Assembly (NCBI GenBank): GCA_033549025.1 | Contig: JAWSUS010000002.1 | Coordinates: 32,001 to 96,000, forward strand | Length of the DNA stretch: 64,000 nt | Reading direction: 5' to 3' | Origin: Desulfuromonadales bacterium | Lineage (GTDB): Bacteria; Desulfobacterota; Desulfuromonadia; Desulfuromonadales; SZUA-540 | In this document: one piece after another, positions 48,620-60,062 of the stretch | Position numbering within the stretch: the first letter of the stretch is position 1 | Layout of the letters: each line of letters starts with the position of its first letter | The notes under the pieces: model-generated | The model's database searches: none | Told to the model about the DNA's origin: nothing | Seen by the model: the letters and a program-made list of their open reading frames with translations, nothing else | Position numbers and translations under genes: made by a program

Positions 48620-50284
48620 CTAGACAAAGCCCTTGTCAATGGGTTTGACTTCACTGACCTTTCCTTCAAATATTTCGATAGCCGCCTTGACCATGGGGTG
48701 CGCTAAGGCGTCATTGCGCAGACGGTTTTTGCGGTCCGATTCCTGGGCTTGACGTTCCTGGACCAAAGAGGGCGGCACCGCCTTTTCGCCAGGAACGGGG
48801 GATAGCTTTATGGTGACAGGCTGGCCAAAATAGTCACTGGCAAGAGTTGTGATCACTTCGAGCGTTTCCGGATCACGAACCTGCTCAAACATGAAAGAGG
48901 CGGCCACATAGCCGATCTCCAGAACGGGAAGTTCCAGGCGCAGCAGGCTGCCGTTTTCAAGCAGGGTCGCGATCAGGGGACGACGTGCCCGCACATGCTC
49001 GACCAGCCCCTGCCACCCCTCCGCCGCTGGTGCCTGAGGAGCCGGGGCTTCAGGCTTTTTTGGCAAATCCTCCGAAACCGGGGCGGGAGGTTCCGACCGC
49101 ACAGGCGCGGGTCGGGAAGGGGGTTCCGACCGCCCAGAGGCAAGCAGGCGCTCCAGGTCTTCGATCTTGCGCACCAACGCGGCCACACTTTTGACCTGGG
49201 GCATATGCGCGAGACGGACCAGGGCCATCTCGAGAATCAGCTTGGGATAAGCGGCCGTAGCCAGCTCCGCTTCGGTGCGAATAAGAATCGACAGAATGCG
49301 CTGCAGCTCTTCCAAGTCGGAATCGTCAGCCAGCCCCCGAAGTTCCTGCAATTCGCTGGAAGACACCTGCAACAGTTCACCAGGTTCCTCTACCACTTTG
49401 ATAAGCACCAGTGACCGGAGAATCTCTACCAGTTCCTGACAGAATTGCCGAAAAGAATGACCCAGATTATCGACCTGCCGGACCACTTCGAGAACCCGGC
49501 GACCATCGCGTCCCAGCACGCCCGAGACCGTATCCATGAGAAGACGGCGATCGACCATACCGAGAATACCGAGAACATCCTGGTCTGATACCTCCATCCC
49601 GCAAAAGGCGACAATCTGATCAAGGGCCGACAGCGAATCGCGCATACTGCCTTCACCCTGACGCGCCACCAATCCGAGGGCCTTGTCTGAAATCTGGATA
49701 CCTTCGGCATCGACAATCTCGCGCAAGCGCTCTACCACTTTCGGCTGAGAAATTTTACGAAAGTCAAAGCGCTGGCACCGCGAAAGGATGGTAATCGGTA
49801 TTTTATGTGGTTCGGTCGTAGCGAAGATAAACTTGGCATGCTCGGGCGGTTCTTCAAGGGTCTTCAACAGGGCATTGAAGGCATTGATGGAAAGCATGTG
49901 GACTTCATCGATAATGAAGATCTTGTAGCGGGAGCGAGAAGGCAGGTAGCGGATATTTTCGCGCAGGGTACGAATATCATCGACCCCCGTATTGGAGGCG
50001 CCGTCGATCTCCAGAACATCGACACCCTGCCCGCTGGTAATTTCGAGACAGGAGGGGCACTGGTTGCAGGGCGTTTCCGTCGGCCCTTCGGCACAATTCA
50101 GGGCCTTGGCCAGAATGCGAGCCGCCGACGTTTTGCCTACCCCGCGAGCACCGGTAAAGAGAAAGGCGTGATGAACGCGGCCGGATTGTATGGCGTTGGC
50201 CAGAGTGCGACTGACATGCTCCTGCCCAACCAGGTCGGAAAAGCTCTGGGGTCGCCATTTGCGAGCCAGTACCAGGTAAGACAT
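48620..50284 (-). CDS. dnaX: DNA polymerase III subunit tau/gamma
   Basis: YLVLARKWRPQ, GARGVGKT, IDEVHML, ILSRCQRF; start ATG 50284. Confidence 0.97.
   Translation of the reverse strand: MSYLVLARKWRPQSFSDLVGQEHVSRTLANAIQSGRVHHAFLFTGARGVGKTSAARILAKALNCAEGPTETPCNQCPSCLEITSGQGVDVLEIDGASNTGVDDIRTLRENIRYLPSRSRYKIFIIDEVHMLSINAFNALLKTLEEPPEHAKFIFATTEPHKIPITILSRCQRFDFRKISQPKVVERLREIVDAEGIQISDKALGLVARQGEGSMRDSLSALDQIVAFCGMEVSDQDVLGILGMVDRRLLMDTVSGVLGRDGRRVLEVVRQVDNLGHSFRQFCQELVEILRSLVLIKVVEEPGELLQVSSSELQELRGLADDSDLEELQRILSILIRTEAELATAAYPKLILEMALVRLAHMPQVKSVAALVRKIEDLERLLASGRSEPPSRPAPVRSEPPAPVSEDLPKKPEAPAPQAPAAEGWQGLVEHVRARRPLIATLLENGSLLRLELPVLEIGYVAASFMFEQVRDPETLEVITTLASDYFGQPVTIKLSPVPGEKAVPPSLVQERQAQESDRKNRLRNDALAHPMVKAAIEIFEGKVSEVKPIDKGFV
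49006..49073 (-). other. Putative -1 programmed ribosomal frameshift cassette in dnaX
   Basis: GGAGGA, 6 nt, then in-frame A AAA AAG (49055-49061); the -1 frame reads GCC TGA; a GC-rich stem-loop follows at 49006-49048. Confidence 0.75.
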
Positions 50285-50352
50285 GGGGTGTCGGATCTCC
50301 GGTAAGAGGGGAGAAAGGGGAGAGCAGGGACGCCGGTGGGATTTGCCGGCAC

Positions 50353-50462
50353 AAGTGACAGCCAGGCACCCCCGCGGCACACGGCTGAGGTCGTTGCCGC
50401 TGCTCCCTTCCGGGCCTGACGGGGTTGGCGACCGTCCGTTGCGCGGGACCCGGCTGTCACTT
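50353..50462 (-). ncRNA. ffs: SRP RNA (4.5S)
   Basis: Long hairpin AAGTGACAGCC...GGCTGTCACTT with the conserved core TCAGGCCCGGAAGGGAGCAGC; directly upstream of dnaX. Confidence 0.95.
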
Positions 50463-50520
50463 CTAACGGCAATTGGGAATGAGAGGAATCCCTCAGGAAA
50501 TTGCTTGCTTTATAAAAAAC

Positions 50521-50655
50521 TGGCGGAGAGGGAGGGATTCGCCCACTCTGTCGCCGCCGTCACGGCAGCTCCGGCGTCGGCTCCCCTGCGCTCGCTGACG
50601 CGGACATCCTGTCCGCTTTTCTGCCACTGGCAGCGCTTACTTCGCTTCGAATCCC
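50521..50655 (-). repeat. tRNA-linked repeat duplicating the tRNA-Ser 3' end
   Basis: 21-nt TGGCGGAGAGGGAGGGATTCG at 50521 is identical to 50677-50697; the structured spacer is closed by a GGGATTCG/CGAATCCC pairing. Confidence 0.75.
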
Positions 50656-50674
50656 GGGGAGCTATCAATTTTAA

Positions 50675-50764
<90 letters not shown>

Positions 50765-50918
50765 GCGGAAAAGGAAGATTACACAAATGACCCGATCCTG
50801 TAAAGTGTTTTTTCCCGGCCGGAAGGACAAAAAAACACCAAAAGCTCCCGATCCGGTTGCATTCGCTTTCGGTGATGCTACTGTCAAAGGACAGGGACTT
50901 TTTTAGGAGTGTCTTCTT

Positions 50919-51107
50919 ATGATGATTCGCGTCATCTACCAGGATGGTCGACAGGATGTCGTCAACAGTCGAGAATTGGACGACCTGATCGCCAGCGGAA
51001 AAATCCGGCAATTCCTGCGCCAATCCGGCTGGGTGATGCCCGGCTTCGATCCCATCCGGCGCATTACCCAAAACGCCTACCGCGAGGAAGCTCGGCGCTC
51101 GCCCTGA
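50919..51107 (+). CDS. Small conserved protein (GSU3473-like family)
   Basis: MIRVIYQDG..D.V....LD.LI..GKI..F.R..GWV....DPIR pattern, recalled from Geobacteraceae; SD AGGAG. Confidence 0.7.
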   Translation: MMIRVIYQDGRQDVVNSRELDDLIASGKIRQFLRQSGWVMPGFDPIRRITQNAYREEARRSP

Positions 51108-51215
51108 AAGGGGCACGGCCAGCACGACCTCATGTTTCAGAACACAAAACATCCCGCCAGGCACAGACCGGACGGGATGTTTTCATGAGGGCCGATAACC
51201 GAAAAATAGAGGCTC

Positions 51216-51410
51216 TTAGTCTTCCTTCTTGTCGTCGGATATTTTTTTCTTCTCTTCTTCCTGCTCCTCATTCCCTTCTTTGATCCCCTGCTTGAAGTTG
51301 CGCAGACCTTTTCCCAAAGCGCCACCGACCTGCGGCAGCTTTCCGGCGCCAAAAATAATGAGCACCAGCACAAGAATGATGAGCAGTTCCTGGGTTCCGA
51401 GACCGAACAT
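51216..51410 (-). CDS. tatA: Twin-arginine translocase TatA/E
   Basis: GLG.QELLIIL...[19 protein letters not shown]. Confidence 0.95.
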   Translation of the reverse strand: MFGLGTQELLIILVLVLIIFGAGKLPQVGGALGKGLRNFKQGIKEGNEEQEEEKKKISDDKKED

Positions 51411-51502
51411 GGCTTAGAATTCTCCTCTATGGGGTATTTCTGTGAAGCATACACTCCTTGCCGATAAAGCTCAACAGCCATTTAAAAAGCCATCACGGCA
51501 TT

Positions 51503-51532
51503 AAAAAAGGGCCGGCATCGCTGCCGGCCCTT
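51503..51532 (-). terminator. Intrinsic terminator after the porin gene
   Basis: AAGGGCCGGCA-GCGA-TGCCGGCCC followed by T6. Confidence 0.75.
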
Positions 51533-51555
51533 CGGGGTGGTGCTGCAAGTTCGTA

Positions 51556-53298
51556 TTAGAACTTGACGGTCAGAGAGGCATAGCCATCCCAGGCTTTGTC
51601 CACAACGGGAAGCATCGAGAACGCCGTGCCATTGAGCACATCGTCGACCTTCTGGGGCTTGCCTACAGGAGAACCGCTACCGGTATACTCGTAGTCATAG
51701 TAGATGCCGCCGACTTTGATGAACATGTTGGGGTTGATATCAAAGATGTAGTAAGCCTCACCAGCGTGGCCGCGGGTAGCCAGTTTGCTGCCAATGATGT
51801 CATCCTGAGCCTGAGTGAAGGGGCTCCAGTATTTGGAGCCATAGTTGTACTCAAGGCCGAACTTGCCAAGAGGAGCAGGAACCTGAACACCAGCGTAAAC
51901 ACCATAGCCGTCCCGAGCAGAATCATCGACAACTTTATTCGTCGGCATCGGCATAATAGAATCACTAGTGCCATCCCCATCAGTGTCAACAGGTGCAGCC
52001 ACATAAAGATTGTCACTGCCCATGCCGCCAAACATACCGGCGTCGCCATTGGACTCAAGCCGGGTCCAGCCCAGAGAGGCAAAGTACTTGACGTCATTCA
52101 TCTCTTCGCGGGCATAGCCAAGGCCGCCAAGGAACATATCACCGATGACGGTCGAAGGCTGATAACGAACCATGAAGTTCATGTTGGGGAACTGGCTGGC
52201 ATCCTGGTTGATAGTCGGAGCGAAAAGCTCAACCATCTGAGCCGGGAAAGCGAAGGTCCCCTTGAAGCCATCAACCACGTCGAGTGCTGCAAAAGCAGTC
52301 AACTGCAGGAAGTTGGTGCCGTCATTCAGGATATCGAAGTTGATGCCGCCCAGATGGGTATCGTCAGTAGCAAAGTCATTGCGGGTGAAAAGTTCACCAT
52401 TGCCATACTGGGACTCGAAACCCTGGCCATAGCAGAAACGGATGGTCTGGCCTTCGATACCGGTCAGTTCGCTCAGGTTGTAACCAATGGTAATGCCGTC
52501 AAAGTTGAAGTGAACCAGATGGCCGGAAGGCGTGCCGCCGCGCAGCTCGTTCTCACGATACTGGCTCGGGGGACCGTAAGTCGAAGGACGACGACCGATG
52601 GAGAGGTAGAAGTTGGAACCACCGATGTGGCTCCAGTCAAAGTAGGCGCGCTCAACACGCAGCCAGTCGCCGGTGGTGTTACCGCCATTGGTGCCGTCCA
52701 TGGTGAAAGAATCCCAGGAATCGAACACTTTGACGCCGGTGGAATCGCCCCAGTTCTTGTACATGGCAAGACGGCCTGCGAAATTGACATTGTCATACAC
52801 CTTGGCTTTCATGTTCAGGCGCAGGCGAGTGGTGTACAGAACGTCGTTATCGAGATCACCCTTGGGGGGCTTAACTCCAAGATCATAGCCAAGCATGGAA
52901 AGGTAGCCAACGGGGGGGAGCTGCCCAGCCATAAAGGCGGCAGCAAGATTGGGATTTTCCCCCATAAACGACCCGAGAAGAGACGTAGGATCTGTCGGAT
53001 CACCAAAGACTCCACCCATCGCGTCTGCACCAAACTGAGCCATATCGACAGCCACACCGGGATTCCAGGCCACATCACTGTAATGCAGGGTGTCGGCCTT
53101 GGCGCGCATGTCGCCGGAAAATTCGATGCGGTCGAGAGCAGTGTGCTTCTCGGTTTTGTCGACGCGGCCGGAGAGGTAATCGACTTCGTCGGTCAGTTCT
53201 TCGATCTTCTTCTGCAGTTCCTCGATGCTGGTAGCTGCCAGAGCGGTGGCAGGCGCTACGAGCAGGGCGGCCAGCAGAATGGCCATCAGTTTACGCAT
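51556..53298 (-). CDS. DUF3373-like outer-membrane beta-barrel protein
   Basis: Signal peptide, N-terminal coiled coil, YTTRLRLNM, RLAMYKNWGDS, VERAY, GRRPST.GPP, GSKLATRG, C-terminal Phe. Confidence 0.8.
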   Translation of the reverse strand: MRKLMAILLAALLVAPATALAATSIEELQKKIEELTDEVDYLSGRVDKTEKHTALDRIEFSGDMRAKADTLHYSDVAWNPGVAVDMAQFGADAMGGVFGDPTDPTSLLGSFMGENPNLAAAFMAGQLPPVGYLSMLGYDLGVKPPKGDLDNDVLYTTRLRLNMKAKVYDNVNFAGRLAMYKNWGDSTGVKVFDSWDSFTMDGTNGGNTTGDWLRVERAYFDWSHIGGSNFYLSIGRRPSTYGPPSQYRENELRGGTPSGHLVHFNFDGITIGYNLSELTGIEGQTIRFCYGQGFESQYGNGELFTRNDFATDDTHLGGINFDILNDGTNFLQLTAFAALDVVDGFKGTFAFPAQMVELFAPTINQDASQFPNMNFMVRYQPSTVIGDMFLGGLGYAREEMNDVKYFASLGWTRLESNGDAGMFGGMGSDNLYVAAPVDTDGDGTSDSIMPMPTNKVVDDSARDGYGVYAGVQVPAPLGKFGLEYNYGSKYWSPFTQAQDDIIGSKLATRGHAGEAYYIFDINPNMFIKVGGIYYDYEYTGSGSPVGKPQKVDDVLNGTAFSMLPVVDKAWDGYASLTVKF

Positions 53299-53388
53299 TT
53301 TGTGCCTCCTTGGTTGATAGAATCAACGTGGTTTGTGGTACCGGGCAAAAACAATCCCTGCCCGCATAAACGGGCAGGGATATCTTAA

Positions 53389-53715
53389 TTAACCGCAGGT
53401 CTGGGGCTGGGGGCCGTCAGCAGCGTGGTCATAGAGGAACTGCTGGATGTCGAGCAGATCCTTTTCGCTGATGCCCTCGAATGCCTCGGGCTTGGCAGCA
53501 TGCTTGTCACGCTCGAAGAAACGGTCCCACTGGGCCATGGTCTTGCTCAGAGGGGTCAGGTTGCCGCCCTCAGCGCCTTCAGTATGGCAGGATTTGCAGT
53601 TTTTCTTGTACAGATACTTGCCTTTTTTGGGATTGCCGCCGGTTACCGCAAAGGCCGAGGTAGCCATGAAGCCGACCAGAGCCAAAACAGCCGCTGCTTT
53701 CATCACCTTTTTCAT
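53389..53715 (-). CDS. Periplasmic monoheme cytochrome c
   Basis: Signal peptide; GNPKKGKYLY, CKSCH, HAAD..QPQTCG; start ATG 53715. Confidence 0.88.
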   Translation of the reverse strand: MKKVMKAAAVLALVGFMATSAFAVTGGNPKKGKYLYKKNCKSCHTEGAEGGNLTPLSKTMAQWDRFFERDKHAAKPEAFEGISEKDLLDIQQFLYDHAADGPQPQTCG

Positions 53716-54157
53716 ACCTAATCTTCCTCCCATTGCTTCTTGTTGCGGCGCCCGCGCACCATACGCAGCCGCCAAATTGTCAAAACGGGTTCTTGTTATC
53801 ACCGGACCAGTAAAGAATCAAGCAAAAATTCCCTACATATAGATACCGGAATATAACAATCAAATAAAAGCAATATACAAATGACGCAAGATATGCGAAC
53901 CGATATATGGCGAATACACGCTTCATGCCAACCAGACCGACAACGCTTGGAGTCATGTGTTTTCAAGAACTACCCTTTCTTTTAATCTGATTTTAACCTT
54001 CTGGCATCATCGGCTTTTTACGCGATATGGCAAATCTGGCCGCGAAAACACCGGCCATAACACGGCATGCCTCCCCCGCGTTCTGAGCACCCTTGAAACA
54101 CCTCCAAAAATGTCCCTTTTTCCCGCCAGTTGCCTTTTTATTCGGCCGGCTTTCACC

Positions 54158-54186
54158 TTGACATCAACCGGCAGTGTTGCTAACGT
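54158..54186 (+). promoter_or_regulatory. sigma70 promoter upstream of serA
   Basis: TTGACA-N17-TAACGT with an extended -10 TG. Confidence 0.6.
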
Positions 54187-54252
54187 ACGCTTTTGTTTGG
54201 CTGGTTTCCTCTGTAGCCTTAGGCGTTTTTCCGAATATTCAGGTTCTGGCCT

Positions 54253-55836
54253 ATGAAAGTGCTTGTTTCCGACAATTTCTCCCCCGCAGGCCTGGAGGTC
54301 TTTAAACAAGCCGAAGGCATTGAACTCTGCTACCATCCCGGACTCTCCCCCGAAGATCTTCTTAAAGAAGTAGCCGACGCCGACGCCCTGGTCGTGCGCG
54401 GCGGCACCCAGGTAACCGAAGAGGTATTGCTGGCCGCCGCCCGACTCAAAGTGGTTGGCCGGGCCGGCATTGGTATTGAAAACATGGATCTGGCCGCTGC
54501 CAATCGCAAGGGCGTGGTGGTTATGAACACCCCCTTTGGCAGTACCACCACGACAGCTGAACACACCATCGCCATGCTGATGGCCCTCGCCCGGCAGATT
54601 CCGCTGGCGAGCCAGTCGACCAAGTCCGGCCACTGGGAAAAGGATCGTTTCACGGGCGTGGAGATCGCTGGCAAGACACTGGGCGTTATTGGTGGGGGCA
54701 AGATTGGCCGACTGGTCATTGAGACCGCCCTCTGTCTCAAGATGCGCGTGCTGCTTTACGATCCCTACCTGTCCGGCGAAATGGCGCGTCAACTGATGGC
54801 CGAGCAGGTTGACCTCGACGATCTGCTGCAGCGCTCTGACTTCATCACTCTCCACGTCCCCCTAAACAGCGAGACCGTCAATATTCTCGACGAGGAGTCC
54901 TTACAAAAAGTCAAGCCCGGCTGCCGTATTATCAACTGCGCCATCGGCGGACTCATCGATGAGGAAGCGCTGGCCAGGGGCATAGAGAGTGGACGTATCG
55001 CCGGCGCGGCTCTCGATGTTTTCAGCAAGGAGCCTCCCCAGAAGGATAACCCTCTACTTTCTCTTCCCCAGGTTATCTGCACACCTCATCTGCGGGCGGC
55101 GACAACAGATGCGCAGATCAATGTCACGGTTCAGGTGGCGCGACAGATCGTCGATTTTCTCCTGCGGGGCAACATCGTCAATGCCATCAATGTGCCGTCC
55201 ATCAGCGCCGAACTGCTGGCGGTCATGAAGCCCTACATCGACCTGGCCGGGCGGCTAGGCTCCTTTCAGGCGCAACTTTGCGCCCGCGGCCTGGAGAAGC
55301 TCACCATCGAATATGCCGGCAGCGTCACCGACTTTCCCACGGAGCCCTTGACTCTCTCCCTGCTCAAGGGCCTGCTGACCCCCATGATCGGGTCCATGGT
55401 CAACTATGTGAACGCTCCGCACCTGGCTGAAGAACGGGGAATCAAAGTGCTGGAGACCCGCAGCAAAGCCTCTGAGGGGTTCGCCAACATGATCCGCCTG
55501 ACGGTGCATTGCGCCGACGGGGTACGTTCCGTCTGCGGCGCTCTCTTCGGCGAGGAGGATTACCGCATTGTCCGCGTGGACGACTACCCGGTGGAAGCTG
55601 TCCCCGATGGGCACCTCCTCGTCCTGCACAACGATGATCGCCCTGGCGTGATTGGCTTTATTGGCTACACCCTGGCCGAGGCCGGCATCAACGTCGCCAT
55701 GATGAATCTTTCCCGTCGAAAGATCAAAGGAAGGGCCATTTCGCTGATCAATGTCGACAGTGAAATCCCCGAAGAGGTTCTGACCAACATGCGCAACAAC
55801 GCCCATATCCTTTCGGCGGTGCAGGTCAGGCTCTGA
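54253..55836 (+). CDS. serA: D-3-phosphoglycerate dehydrogenase-like protein (type I, ASB+ACT)
   Basis: GRAGIG, TAEHT, GKTLGVIGGGKIG, DFITLHVP, ALDVF.KEP, TPHL, VNYVNAP, C-terminal ACT; atypical active-site residues (see findings). Confidence 0.85.
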   Translation: MKVLVSDNFSPAGLEVFKQAEGIELCYHPGLSPEDLLKEVADADALVVRGGTQVTEEVLLAAARLKVVGRAGIGIENMDLAAANRKGVVVMNTPFGSTTTTAEHTIAMLMALARQIPLASQSTKSGHWEKDRFTGVEIAGKTLGVIGGGKIGRLVIETALCLKMRVLLYDPYLSGEMARQLMAEQVDLDDLLQRSDFITLHVPLNSETVNILDEESLQKVKPGCRIINCAIGGLIDEEALARGIESGRIAGAALDVFSKEPPQKDNPLLSLPQVICTPHLRAATTDAQINVTVQVARQIVDFLLRGNIVNAINVPSISAELLAVMKPYIDLAGRLGSFQAQLCARGLEKLTIEYAGSVTDFPTEPLTLSLLKGLLTPMIGSMVNYVNAPHLAEERGIKVLETRSKASEGFANMIRLTVHCADGVRSVCGALFGEEDYRIVRVDDYPVEAVPDGHLLVLHNDDRPGVIGFIGYTLAEAGINVAMMNLSRRKIKGRAISLINVDSEIPEEVLTNMRNNAHILSAVQVRL

Positions 55837-55910
55837 CCAGGTGCCGCTTGAATGAGACCGATCGCCCAGGCGGTCGATACGAACACAAGACTTTGTAACG
55901 GATATCAACC

Positions 55911-58515
<2,605 letters not shown>

Positions 58516-58549
58516 GATACAGGGCTGAAGATTTTTTTTGAAAAAGGGG

Positions 58550-58578
58550 TTGACTTCCCCAAAGGGTTCCAGTATAAA
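58550..58578 (+). promoter_or_regulatory. sigma70 promoter of the tRNA-Lys/tRNA-Glu operon
   Basis: TTGACT-N17-TATAAA with an upstream A/T tract. Confidence 0.8.
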
Positions 58579-58594
58579 GTCATTCCTGTTGCAC

Positions 58595-58670
58595 GAGCCG
58601 CTAGCTCAGATGGTAGAGCATCTGACTTTTAATCAGATGGTCGTTGGTTCGATCCCAACGCGGCTCACCA
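58595..58670 (+). tRNA. tRNA-Lys (TTT)
   Basis: GAGCCGC TAGCTCAGATGGTAGAGC...CTTTTAA...GGTTCGATCCC...CTCACCA. Confidence 0.97.
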
Positions 58671-58722
58671 AGTCAAACCGTACACAGCGGGGTCATTTCC
58701 CGCGGGGTACTTGAAAGTTCAA

Positions 58723-58800
58723 GTCCCTATCGTCTAGCCTGGCCCAGGACACCGCCCTTTCACGGCGGCGACGGGGGTTCGAATCCCCCTGGGGACGCCA
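58723..58800 (+). tRNA. tRNA-Glu (TTC)
   Basis: GTCCCTATCGTCTAG...CTTTCAC...GGTTCGAATCC...GACGCCA. Confidence 0.97.
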
Positions 58801-58804
58801 AAAG

Positions 58805-58847
58805 AAAACGCCCCTTCCGATGCAGAATCGGAAGGGGCGTTTTTTTG
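58805..58847 (+). terminator. Intrinsic terminator after tRNA-Glu
   Basis: AAAACGCCCCTTCCGA-TGCAGAA-TCGGAAGGGGCG followed by T7. Confidence 0.9.
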
Positions 58848-58998
58848 TATTCACGGGCAAAGCGAGCCACCGTCGCAGTTGCTCCCTGACCTTACGGAGA
58901 TTGTCAGCCGTACCTTGAAGGATACGGAGAGGCCAAGGCATATAGGTCTAGAAAACGGAACCGAAGTGCGTAATAATAACCATTTTCCGAGGAACCCC

Positions 58999-59457
58999 AT
59001 GACCGCATCCAAGAAAATTGTCGAAATATTCAGCGACGGTGCCTGTTCCGGCAACCCCGGCCCCGGCGGTTGGGGCACCCTTCTGCGCTATGAAGGGCAG
59101 GTGAAGGAGTTGTCCGGCTTTGATCCGCAGACGACCAACAACCGCATGGAGATGATGGCCGCCATCGCCGGCCTTGAAGCGCTCAAGCGCCCCTGCCAGG
59201 TTCAATTGACCACCGACTCCCAATACCTGTACAAAGGGATGACCGAGTGGATTCAGGGCTGGATTCGCAAAGGCTGGAAGAATTCCAAGAAGGAAGAGGT
59301 TCTCAACCGCGACCTCTGGGAGCGTCTGCTGGCCGCTGTGAACGGGCACCAGGTCACCTGGGCCTGGGTGCGTGGCCACGCCGGTCACCCAGAAAATGAA
59401 CGCTGCGACGAACTGGCCCGCGCCGCCATTGTCGAAGGTCTTGCCCGCCGGGGCTGA
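58999..59457 (+). CDS. rnhA: Ribonuclease HI
   Basis: [41 protein letters not shown]. Confidence 0.96.
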   Translation: MTASKKIVEIFSDGACSGNPGPGGWGTLLRYEGQVKELSGFDPQTTNNRMEMMAAIAGLEALKRPCQVQLTTDSQYLYKGMTEWIQGWIRKGWKNSKKEEVLNRDLWERLLAAVNGHQVTWAWVRGHAGHPENERCDELARAAIVEGLARRG

Positions 59458-59615
59458 CATCCCAGCCTATTAGACAATTTCCTACTTTGTGTTATTGTTT
59501 CAACTGGTTGTCTATTCGGTCGCTTACGACCGTGTCTGCACCGATCCTGGCTGCCCCTTCAGCGGGTATCCGCCAGAATCCCGTATCCTCATAACCAGGC
59601 AACGCGGATCCTATC

Positions 59616-60062
59616 ATGCCCTCAACTTCCGCCCATACCCCCGTCTTGCCGGCGGGCGGAGAACTCGCGCCTTCTTTCGAGGCCCTGCTGTCGCTGGGGC
59701 TGTATGCCGCTATCGCGCTTTTTCTCGTCGGCATCCTGCTCCTGCTGGCCTGGACCCTGGGCCATAAAACCCGCCATCCCGTAAAACAACAGCCGTACGA
59801 ATCGGGCATCGCTCCCACGGGTAGCGCCCGTCTAGGCGAACCTGTTCCCTTTTATCTCGTCGCCATCTTCTTTATCGTTTTTGATGTGGAGATCATCTTT
59901 GTCGTCTCCTGGGCGGTGGCGTACGACCTGCTGGGTTGGGCCGGGTTCTTTCAGATCACCTTTTTTATTGCCATGCTTTTTGTCGGTCTGCTGTACCTGT
60001 GGAAAGCCGGCGGGCTCGAATGGGGCCCCAGCGCCAGGCATCGCAAAGGGGGTGGGCCGTGA
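59616..60062 (+). CDS. nuoA: NADH-quinone oxidoreductase subunit A
   Basis: [24 protein letters not shown]. Confidence 0.92.
   Translation: MPSTSAHTPVLPAGGELAPSFEALLSLGLYAAIALFLVGILLLLAWTLGHKTRHPVKQQPYESGIAPTGSARLGEPVPFYLVAIFFIVFDVEIIFVVSWAVAYDLLGWAGFFQITFFIAMLFVGLLYLWKAGGLEWGPSARHRKGGGP

Noticed and set aside
53915..53930. sigma54 promoter for the cytochrome c/porin pair (TGGCATGAAGCGTGTA, minus strand)
   Set aside because: The -12 element is GT rather than GC and nothing else supports it.
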